Source: Eledone cirrhosa
Lineage: Eukaryota
Assembly (NCBI GenBank): GCA_964016885.1
Contig: OZ024740.1
Coordinates: 197,532,001 to 197,596,000, forward strand
DNA: 64,000 nt
Direction: 5' to 3'
The notes beneath the pieces are model-generated. The model made no database searches, had not been told where the DNA came from, and saw only the letters and a list, made by a program, of their open reading frames with translations. The position numbers were made by a program, and so were the translations under genes. This document shows, one piece after another, positions 53,701 to 64,000 of the stretch (positions are counted from its first letter, which is position 1; every line of letters starts with the position of its first letter).

Positions 53701-56700
53701 GTTGTTACTGTTGTTGTTGGTGTTGTTATTATCATTGTGGTGGTAGTAGTTGTTACTGTTGTTGTTGGTGTTGTTATTATCATTGTGGTGGTAGTAGTTG
53801 TTACTGTTGTTGTTGTTGGTGTTGTTATTATCATTGTGGTGGTAGTAGTTGTTATTGTTGTTGTTGTTGGTGATGTTATTATCATTGTGGTGGTAGTAGT
53901 TGTTACTGTTGTTGTTGGTGTTGTTATTATCATTGTGGTGGTAGTAGTTGTTACTGTTGTTGTTGTTGGTGATGTTGTTATTATCATTGTGGTGGTAGTA
54001 GTTGTTACTGTTGTTGTTAGTGTTGTTATTATCATTGTGGCGGTAGTAGTTGTTACTGTTGTTGTTGTTGGTGTTGTTATTATCATTGTGGTGGTAGTAG
54101 TTGTTATTGTTGTTGTTGGTGTTGTTATTATCATTGTGGTGGTAGCAGTTGTTACTGTTGTTGTTGGTGTTGTTATTATCATTGTGGTGGTAGTAGTTGT
54201 TACTGTTGTTGTTGTAGGTGTTGTTATTATCATTGTGGTGGTAGTAGTTGTTATTGTTGTTGTTGTTGGTGTTGTTATTATCATTGTGGTGGTAGTAGTT
54301 GTTACTGTTGTTGTTGGTGTTGTTATTATCATTGTGGTGGTAGTTTTCATTACTGTTGTTGTTGTTGGTGTTGTTATTATCATTGTGGTGGTAGTAGTTG
54401 TTATTGTTGTTGTTGGTGTTGTTATTATCATTGTGGTGGTAGCAGTTGTTACTGTTGTTGTTGGTGTTGTTATTATCATTGCGGTGTTAGTAGTTGTTAC
54501 TGTTTTTGTTGGTGTTGTTATTATCATTGCGGTGGTAGTAGTTGTTACTGTTGTTGTTGGTGATGTTATTATCATTGTGGTGGTAGTAGTTGCTACTGTT
54601 ATTGTTGTTGGTGATGTGATTATCATTTTGGTGGTAGTAGTTGTTACTCTTGTTGTTGGTGTTGTTATTATCATTGTGGTGGTAGTAGTTGTTACTGTTG
54701 TTGTTGTTGTTGTTGTTATTATCATTGTGGTGGTAGTAGTTGTTATTGTTGTTGTTGGTGATGTTATTATTATTGTGGTGGTAGTAGTTGTTACTGTTGT
54801 TGTTGTTGGTGATGTTATTATCATTGTGGTGGTAGTAGTTGTTACTGTTGTTGTTGTTGGTGTTGTTATTATCATTGTGGTGGTAGTAGTTGTTACTGTT
54901 GTTGTTGTTGTTGGTGTTATTATCATTGTGGTGGTAGTAGTTGTTACTGTTGTTGTTGTTGGTGTTGTTATTATCATTGTGGTGGTAGTAGTTGTTACTG
55001 TTGTTGTTGTTGGTGTTGTTATTATCATTGTGGTGGTAGTAGTTGTTACTGTTGTTGTTGTTGTTGGTGATGTTATTATCATTGTGGTGGTAGTAGTTGT
55101 TACTTTTGTTGTTGTTGGTGTTGTTATTATCATTGTGGTGGTAGTAGTTGTTATTGTTGTTGTTGTTGGTGTTGTTATTATCATTGTGGTGGTAGTAGTT
55201 GTTACTGTTGTTGTTGTTGGTGTTGTTATTATCATTGTGGTGGTAGTAGTTGTTATTGTTGTTGTTGTTGGTGTTGTTATTATCATTGTGGTAGTAGTAG
55301 TTGTTACTGTTGTTGTTGGTGTTGTTATTATCATTGTGGTGGTAGTAGTTGTTACTGTTGTTGTTGTTGGTGATGTTATTATCATTGTGGTGGTAGTAGT
55401 TGTTATTGTTGTTGTTGGTGTTGTTATTATCATTGTGGTGGTAGTAGTTGTTATTGTTGTTGTTGTTGGTGTTGTTATTATCATTGTGGTGGCAGTAGTT
55501 GTTATTGTTGTTGTTGTTGGTGTTGTTATTATCATTGTGGTGGTAGTAGTTGTTACTGTTGTTGTTGTTGGTGTTGTTATTATCATTGTGGTGGTAGTAG
55601 TTGTTATTGTTGTTGTTGGTGTTGTTATTATCATTGTGGTGGTAGTAGTTGTTACTGTTGTTGTTGGTGTTGTTATTATCATTGAAGTGGTAGTAGTTGT
55701 TATTGTTGTTGTTGGTGTTGTTATTATCATTGTGGTGGTAGTAGTTGTTACTGTTGTTGTTGTTGGTGTTGTTATTATCATTGTGGTGGTAGTAGTTGTT
55801 ATTGTTGTTGTTGTTGGTGATGTTATTATCATTGTGGTGGTAGTAGTTGTTACTGTTGTTGTTGTTGGTGTTGTTATTATCATTGTGGTGGTAGTAGTTG
55901 TTATTGTTGTTGTTGTTGGTGATGTTATTATCATTGTGGTGGTAGTAGTTGTTACTGTTGTTGTTGTTGGTGATGTTATTATCATTGTGGTGGTAGTAGT
56001 TGTTATTGTTGTTGTTGTTGGTGTTGTTATTATCATTGTGGTGGTAGTAGTTGTTATTGTTGTTGTTGTTGGTGATGTTATTAACATTGTGGTGGTAGTA
56101 GTTGTTATTGTTGTTGTTGTTGGTGATGCTATTATCATTGTGGTGGTAGTAGTTGTTATTGTTGTTGTTGTTGGTGATGTTATTATCATTGTGGTGGTAG
56201 TAGTTGTTACTGTTGTTGTTGGTGATGTTATTATCATTGTGGTGGTAGTAGTTGTTACTGTTGTTGTTGGTGTTGTTATTATCATTGTGGTGGTAGTAGT
56301 TGTTACTGTTGTTGTTGTTGTTGTTGTTATTATCATTGTGGTGGTAGTAGTTGTTATTGTTGTTGTTGGTGATGTTATTATTATTGTGGTGGTAGTAGTT
56401 GTTACTGTTGTTGTTGTTGGTGATGTTATTATCATTGTGGTGGTAGTAGTTGTTACTGTTGTTGTTGTTGGTGTTGTTATTATCATTGTGGTGGTAGTAG
56501 TTGTTACTGTTGTTGTTGTTGTTGTTGGTGTTATTATCATTGTGGTGGTAGTAGTTGTTACTGTTGTTGTTGTTGGTGTTGTTATTATCATTGTGGTGGT
56601 AGTAGTTGTTACTGTTGTTGTTGTTGGTGTTGTTATTATCATTGTGGTGGTAGTAGTTGTTACTGTTGTTGTTGTTGTTGGTGATGTTATTATCATTGTG

Positions 56701-59700
56701 GTGGTAGTAGTTGTTACTTTTGTTGTTGTTGGTGTTGTTATTATCATTGTGGTGGTAGTAGTTGTTATTGTTGTTGTTGTTGGTGTTGTTATTATCATTG
56801 TGGTGGTAGTAGTTGTTACTGTTGTTGTTGTTGGTGTTGTTATTATCATTGTGGTGGTAGTAGTTGTTATTGTTGTTGTTGTTGGTGTTGTTATTATCAT
56901 TGTGGTAGTAGTAGTTGTTACTGTTGTTGTTGGTGTTGTTATTATCATTGTGGTGGTAGTAGTTGTTACTGTTGTTGTTGTTGGTGATGTTATTATCATT
57001 GTGGTGGTAGTAGTTGTTATTGTTGTTGTTGGTGTTGTTATTATCATTGTGGTGGTAGTAGTTGTTATTGTTGTTGTTGTTGGTGTTGTTATTATCATTG
57101 TGGTGGCAGTAGTTGTTATTGTTGTTGTTGTTGGTGTTGTTATTATCATTGTGGTGGTAGTAGTTGTTACTGTTGTTGTTGTTGGTGTTGTTATTATCAT
57201 TGTGGTGGTAGTAGTTGTTATTGTTGTTGTTGGTGTTGTTATTATCATTGTGGTGGTAGTAGTTGTTACTGTTGTTGTTGGTGTTGTTATTATCATTGAA
57301 GTGGTAGTAGTTGTTATTGTTGTTGTTGGTGTTGTTATTATCATTGTGGTGGTAGTAGTTGTTACTGTTGTTGTTGTTGGTGTTGTTATTATCATTGTGG
57401 TGGTAGTAGTTGTTATTGTTGTTGTTGTTGGTGATGTTATTATCATTGTGGTGGTAGTAGTTGTTACTGTTGTTGTTGTTGGTGTTGTTATTATCATTGT
57501 GGTGGTAGTAGTTGTTATTGTTGTTGTTGTTGGTGATGTTATTATCATTGTGGTGGTAGTAGTTGTTACTGTTGTTGTTGTTGGTGATGTTATTATCATT
57601 GTGGTGGTAGTAGTTGTTATTGTTGTTGTTGTTGGTGTTGTTATTATCATTGTGGTGGTAGTAGTTGTTATTGTTGTTGTTGTTGGTGATGTTATTAACA
57701 TTGTGGTGGTAGTAGTTGTTATTGTTGTTGTTGTTGGTGATGCTATTATCATTGTGGTGGTAGTAGTTGTTATTGTTGTTGTTGTTGGTGATGTTATTAT
57801 CATTGTGGTGGTAGTAGTTGTTACTGTTGTTGTTGGTGATGTTATTATCATTGTGGTGGTAGTAGTTGTTATTGTTGTTGTTGTTGGTGTTGTTATTATC
57901 ATTGTGGTGGTAGTAGTTGTTACTGTTGTTGTTGGTGTTGTTATTATCATTGTGGTGGTAGTAGTTGTTACTGTTGTTGTTGGTGTTGTTATTATCATTG
58001 CGGTGGTAGTAGTTGTTACTGTTGTTGTTGGTGTTGTTATTATCATTGCGGTGGTAGTAGTTGTTACTGTTGTTGTTGGTGATGTTATTATCATTGTGGT
58101 GGTAGTAGTTGTTACTGTTATTGTTGTTGGTGATGTGATTATCATTGTGGTGGTAGTAGTTGTTACTGTTGTTGTTGGTGTTGTTATTATCATTGTGGTG
58201 GTAGTAGTTGTTACTGTTGTTGTTGTTGTTGGTGTTATTATCATCATTGTGGTGGTAGTAGTTGCTACTGTTGTTGTTGTTGGTGTTGTTATTATCATTG
58301 AGGTGGTAGTAGTTGTTACTGTTGTTGTTGTTGGTGTTGTTATTATCATTGTGGTGGTAGTAGTTGTTACTGTTGTTGTTGTTGGTGTTGTTATTATAAT
58401 TGTGGTGGTAGTAGTTGTTACTGTTGTTGTTGTTGTTGGTGTTATTATCATTGTGGTGGTAGTAGTTGTTACTGTTGTTGTTGTTGGTGTTGTTATTATC
58501 ATTGTGGTGGTAGTAGTTGTTACTGTTGTTGTTGTTGGTGTTGTTATTATCATTGTGGTGGTAGTAGTTATTACTGTTGTTGTTGTTGTTGGTGATGTTA
58601 TTATCATTGTGGTGGTAGTAGTTGTTACTGTTGTTGTTGTTGGTGTTGTTATTATCATTGTGGTGGTAGTAGTTGTTACTGTTATTGTTGTTGGTGATGT
58701 GATTATCCTTGTGGTGGTAGTATTTGTTACTGTTGTTGTTGGTGTTGTTATTATCATTGTGGTGGTAGTAGTTGTTACTGTTGTTGTTGTTGGTGATTTT
58801 ATTATCATTGTGGTGGTAGTAGTTGTTATTGTTGTTGTTGGTGTTGTTATTATCATTGTGGTGGTAGTAGTTGTTATTGTTGTTGTTGTTGGTGTTGTTA
58901 TTATCATTGTGGTGGCAGTAGTTGTCATTGTTGTTGTTGTTGGTGTTGTTATTATCATTGTGGTGGTAGTAGTTGTTACTGTTGTTGTTGGTGTTGTTAT
59001 TATCATTGCAGTGGTAGTAGTTGTTATTGTTGTTGTTGGTGTTGTTATTATCATTGTGGTGGTAGTAGTTGTTACTGTTGTTGTTGTTGGTGTTGTTATT
59101 ATCATTGTGGTGGTAGTAGTTGTTACTGTTTTTGTTGTTGGTGTTGTTATTATCATTGTGGCGGTAATTTGTTGTTACTGTTGTTGTTGGTGTTGTTATT
59201 ATCATTGTGGTGGTAGTAGTTGTTACTGTTGTTGTTGGTGTTGTTATTATCATTGTGGTGGTAGTAGTTGTTACTGTTGTTGTTGGTGTTGTTATTATCA
59301 TTGTGGTGGTAGTAGTTGTTACTGTTGTTGTTGTTGGTGTTGTTATTATCATTGTGGTGGTAGTAGTTGTTATTGTTGTTGTTGTTGGTGATGTTATTAT
59401 CATTGTGGTGGTAGTAGTTGTTACTGTTGTTGTTGGTGTTGTTATTATCATTGTGGTGGTAGTAGTTGTTACTGTTGTTGTTGTTGGTGATGTTGTTATT
59501 ATCATTGTGGTGGTAGTAGTTGTTACTGTTGTTGTTAGTGTTGTTATTATCATTGTGGCGGTAGTAGTTGTTACTGTTGTTGTTGTTGGTGTTGTTATTA
59601 TCATTGTGGTGGTAGTTTTTATTACTGTTGTTGTTGTTGGTGTTGTTATTATCATTGTGGGGGTAGTAGTTGTTACTGTTGTTGTTGTTGGTGTTGTTAT

Positions 59701-62510
59701 TATCATTGTGGTAGTAGTAGTTGTTACTGTTGTTGTTGTTGGTGTTGTTATTATCATTGTGGTGGTAGTAGTTGTTACTGTTGTTGTTGTTGGTGATGTT
59801 ATCATCATTGTGGTGGTAGTAGTTGTTACTGTTGTTGTTGGTGTTGTTATTATCATTGTGGTGGTAGTAGTTGTTATTGTTGTTGTTGTTGGTGTTGTTA
59901 TTATCATTGTGGTGGCAGTAGTTGTTATTGTTGTTGTTGTTGTTGGTGTTGTTATTATCATTGTGGTGGCAGTAGTTGTTATTGTTGTTGTTGTTGTTGG
60001 TGTTGTTATTATCATTGTGGTGGTAGTAGTTGTTACTGTTGTTGTTGTTGTTGGTGTTGTTATTATCATTGTGTTGGTAGTAGTTGTTACTGTTGTTGTT
60101 GTTGGTGTTGTTATTATCATTGTGGTGGTAGTAGTTGTTATTGTTGTTGTTGGTGTTGTTATTATCATTGTGGTGGTAGTAGTTGTTACTGTTGTTGTTG
60201 TTGGTGTTGTTATTATCACTGTGGTGGTAGTAGTTGTTACTGTTGTTGTTGGTGTTGTTATTATCATTGTGGTGGTAGTAGTTGTTACTGTTGTTGTTGT
60301 TGGTGTTGTTATTATCATTGTGGTGGTATTAGTTGTTACTGTTGTTGTTGTTGGTGTTGTTATTATCATTGTGGTGGTAGTTTTTATTACTGTTGTTGTT
60401 GTTGGTGTTGTTATTATCATTGCGGTGGTAGTAGTTGTTACTGTTGTTGTTGGTGTTGTTATTATCATTGTGGTGGTAGTAGTTATTACTGTTGTTGTTG
60501 TTGGTGATGTTGTTATTATCATTGTGGTGGTAGTAGTTGTTACTGTTGTTGTTGTTGGTGATGTTGTTATTATCATTGTGGTGGTAGTAGTTGTTACTGT
60601 TGTTGTTAGTGTTGTTATTATCATTGTGGCGGTAGTAGTTGTTACTGTTGTTGTTGTTGGTATTGTTATTATCATTGTGGTGGTAGTAGTTGTTATTGTT
60701 GTTGTTGGTGTTGTTATTATCATTGTGGTGGTAGTAGTTGTTACTGTTGTTGTTGGTGTTGTTATTATCATTGTGGTGGTACTTTTTATTACTGTTGTTG
60801 TTGTTGGTGTTGTTATTCTCATTGTGGTGGTAGTAGTTGTTACTGTTGTTGTTGTTGGTGTTGTTATCATTGTGGTGGTAGTTTTTATTACTGTTGTTGT
60901 TGTTGGTGTTGTTATTATCATTGCGGTGGTAGTAGTTGTTACTGTTGTTGTTGGTGTTGTTATTATCATTGAGGTGGTAGTAGTTGTTACTGTTGTTGTT
61001 GGTGTTGTTATTATCATTGTGGTGGTAGTAGTTGTTACTGCTGTTGTTGTTGGTGTTGTTATTATCATTGTGGTAGTAGTAGTTGTTACTGTTGTTGTTG
61101 TTGGTGTTGTTATTATCATTGTGGTAGTAGTAGTTGTTACTGTTGTTGTTGGTGTTGTTATTATCATTGTGGTGATAGTAGTTGTTACTGTTGTTGTTGG
61201 TGGTATTGTTATTATCATTGTGGTGGTAGTAGTTGTTATTGTTGGTGTTATTATCATTGTGGTGGTAGTAGTTGTTACTGTTGTTGTTGTTGGTGATGTT
61301 ATTATCTTTGTGGCGGTAGTAGTTGTTACTGTTGTTGTTGTTGGTATTGTTATTATCATTGTGGTGGTAATAGTTGTTATTGTTGTTTTTGTTGGTGATG
61401 TTATTATCATTGTGGTGGTAGTAGTTGCTACTGTTGTTGTTGTTGTTGATGTTATTATCATTGTGGTGGTAGTAGTTGTTACTGTTGTTGTTGTTGGTGT
61501 TGTTATTATCATTGTGGTGGTAATAGTTGTTATTGTTGTTGTTGTTGTTGATGTTATTATCATTGTGGTGGTAGTAGTTGTTACTGTTGTTGTTGTTGGT
61601 GTTGTTATTATCATTGTGGTGGTAATAGTTGTTGTTGTTGTTGTTGTTGGTGATGTTATTATCATTGTGGTGGTAGTAGTTGTTACTGTTGTTGTTGTTG
61701 GTGATGTTATTGTCATTGTGGTGGTAGTAGTTGTTACTGTTGTTGTTGTTGGTGTTGTTATTATCATTGTGGTGGTAGTAGGTGTTACTGTTGTTGTTGT
61801 TGGTGTTGTTATTATCATTGTGGTGGTAGTAGTGGTTGTTGTTGTTGTTGTTGGTGTTGTTATTATCATTGTGGTGGTAGTAGTTGTTACTGTTGTTGTT
61901 GTTGGTGTTGTTATTATCATTGTGGTGGTAGTAGTTGTTATTGTTGTTGTTGGTGATGTTATTATCATTGTGGTGGTAGTAGTTGTTACTGTTGTTGTTG
62001 TTGGTGTTGTTATTATCATTGTGGTGGTAGTAGTTGTTACTGTTGTTGTTGTTGGTGATGTTACTATCATTGTGGTGGTAGTAGTTGTTACTGTTGTTGT
62101 TGTTGGCGATGTTATCATTGTGGTGGTAGTAGTTGTTACTGTTGTTGTTGTTGGTGATGTTATTATCATTGTGGTGGTAGTAGTTGTTACTGTTGTTGTT
62201 GGTGTTGTTATTATCATTGTGGTGGTAGTAGTTGTTATTGTTGTTGTTGTTGGTGTTGTTATTATCATTGTGGTGGTAGTAGTTGTTACTGTTGTTGTTG
62301 TTGGTGATGTTACTATCATTGTGGTGGTAGTAGTTGATACTGTTGTTGTTGTTGGTGATGTTATTATCATTGTGGTGGTAGTAGTTGATACTGTTGTTGT
62401 TGTTGGTTATGTTACTATCATTGTGGTGGTAGTAGTTGTTACTGTTGTTGTTGTTGGCGATGTTATTATCATTGTGGTGGTAGTAGTTGTTACTGTTGTT
62501 GTTGGTGACA
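26740..62510. repeat. ~36-kb minisatellite array; consensus ATTATCATTGTGGTGGTAGTAGTTGTTA(C/T)T(GTT)3-6GGTG(T/A)TGTT, 45-57 bp, roughly 700-750 units
   Basis: Continuous tandem units whose length varies in steps of 3; degenerate (GTT)-like lead-in at 26676-26740. The unit count is estimated from length. Confidence 0.98.
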
Positions 62511-62553
62511 TTTTGTTAGAGTGTTTCTCAAAAATACCAATTATTCAATCAGC

Positions 62554-62554
<1 letters not shown>

Positions 62555-62617
<63 letters not shown>
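62555..62617. repeat. (TATC)n microsatellite
   Basis: Seen directly. Confidence 0.95.
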
Positions 62618-64000
62618 GGGTCGACCATGGTTACCTGGATGCGGTGCTAGCGGCGGCAGGCTTCGGACCCGTTTTCAGGGGCTGGATCACTGCTATGCAC
62701 AGCAGCCGCATCTGCTCTAGGGTCAAGGTGAACGGCTACCTCTCGGAGCCATTCAAAATCGCGCGGTCCATCCGACAAGGGTGCCCTCTCTCCTCCCTTC
62801 TGTATGTATTGACTCTCGAGCCACTACTGCGGAAGTTGGAGTTGTTGCAGGGCATCCCTTTGGAACCGGGATTGCGGAAAGCGGTGTCGGCCTACGCCGA
62901 TGACGTGACAGTAATGGTGTCGACGGCCTCCGAAATCGAGGCGGTCGGCACCTTACTGGAGGAGTACGAAAAGTTCACAGGGGCTAAGCTGAACCGGGAC
63001 AAGTCGATCGGTTTGCAACTCGGCACGTGGAGGGGCAGACCGATGCCCTCCGATAGCGTCGTCGGACGCTGGACGGAGGGCCCGGTGAAGTTGCTCGGGG
63101 TCTGGTTCGGACCGGACCTCCAGGTGGAGAAAAACTGGGCGGAGGTTACGAACAGAGTGTTTGCACTGACCCAGAAGTGGGCCAGTTGCAAACTATCCCT
63201 GAAAGGTCGGGCGGAGGTGGCGAACACCTACATAGCGTCCGTCATCTACTACCGCCTGACCGTAGTGCCCTGCCCAAGGGAAACCCTCACCAAGATGGAG
63301 CGCGCGCTCTTCCAATTCCTTTGGAAGAGGCGGGCTCCTATGGTGAGGAGATCCATCTGCTGTCAACACCCTTCGAAAGGAGGGCTGGGGATGCCGTGGC
63401 TAATGATGCGTAAACACGCATTAAGGCTACGGCACCTCTACGTATTCCTCACCGGACAACCGGTGTGGGCCTCGTTTGTGAGACGAACCTTTCCCAGACT
63501 CGTCTCACTCACCGAGCTGCAATCCTGGGTCAAGCAAAGACCGAGAAAACTGGGCGCCTGGCACACTGAGTGTGCCCAGGCGCTCACCGCCCTCTGGCAG
63601 GCGGATCCGGTTATCAGTGGAGACTCCACCGCAACATTCTATAGAGGGCTGGTACGCAGCAGGTGCGACGACGCCCTCGGAGAAGCCCTAGACATGGAGG
63701 AGGACGAACTGGCCAGCCTTTTCGGTAGGACATTTAGCCCGGGACCTATGGACAACTTCCAGAAGTCCCTGGCCTGGCAGTGCTACCGAGGGGCTTTACC
63801 CGTTCGAGAAAGGCTCTACAGACACGGGCGCCCGGGTAGGGACCCCGCCAAAAAGATCTGTCCCAGATGCGTGTGCGACGAGGAAACCGTTGCACACGCA
63901 TTAGTACACTGCTCGGGCGTAGCCGATCTGTGGGGCTATGTCGAACAACTGCTGTCAAGGGTGGGACCGATCCGGTTGACCACCGAGTCTATTGTAATGA
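62618..64000 (+). mobile_element. 5'-truncated L1/Tx1-clade LINE ORF2 (RT + zinc knuckle), running off the window
   Basis: Stop-free frame from 62620: VDHGYL..RQGCPLS..YADD (62893-62904)..KLLGV..GGLG..CPRC..EETVAHALVHC; GC-rich relative to its flanks. Confidence 0.92.

Noticed and set aside
26740-62510. CRISPR-like array or telomeric repeat
   Set aside because: There are no unique spacers or cas genes, the context is eukaryotic, and there are no TTAGGG-type units.
26887-62650. Giant ORFs (up to 6140 aa) rich in V, T or N/Y/H as real genes
   Set aside because: They arise on both strands and in several frames from a triplet-phased repeat that lacks stop codons. Frameshifts are propagated by duplication and there is no non-repetitive domain.

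Overview
AT-rich eukaryotic DNA, probably from a cephalopod (Octopus-like; inferred only from the SINE/PLE complement and microsatellite landscape). I recognise no host protein-coding gene. Bases 1-26.7 kb are a dense cluster of decayed mobile elements: several Penelope-like retroelement (PLE) copies with RT and/or GIY-YIG remnants, many solo or fold-back pseudo-LTR (pLTR) fragments carrying hammerhead ribozyme (HHR) motifs and abutting (TA)n, tRNA-derived SINEs, CRE-like and RTE-like LINE fragments and a non-autonomous Helitron. Bases ~26.7-62.5 kb are one ~36-kb minisatellite of 45-57 bp (GTT)-derived units with kb-scale higher-order duplications; it accounts for all the giant V-, T- and N-rich ORFs, which I judge spurious. 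The last 1.4 kb is a 5'-truncated but stop-free L1/Tx1-type RT frame joined to (TATC)n. The most notable observations are about a dozen HHR motifs (including U3:A8 core variants and stem-II-expanded forms), long fold-back hairpins, and a putative E2F/CCAAT/TATA PLE promoter whose predicted start site matches a fold-back apex. All calls were made by eye, without database searches.
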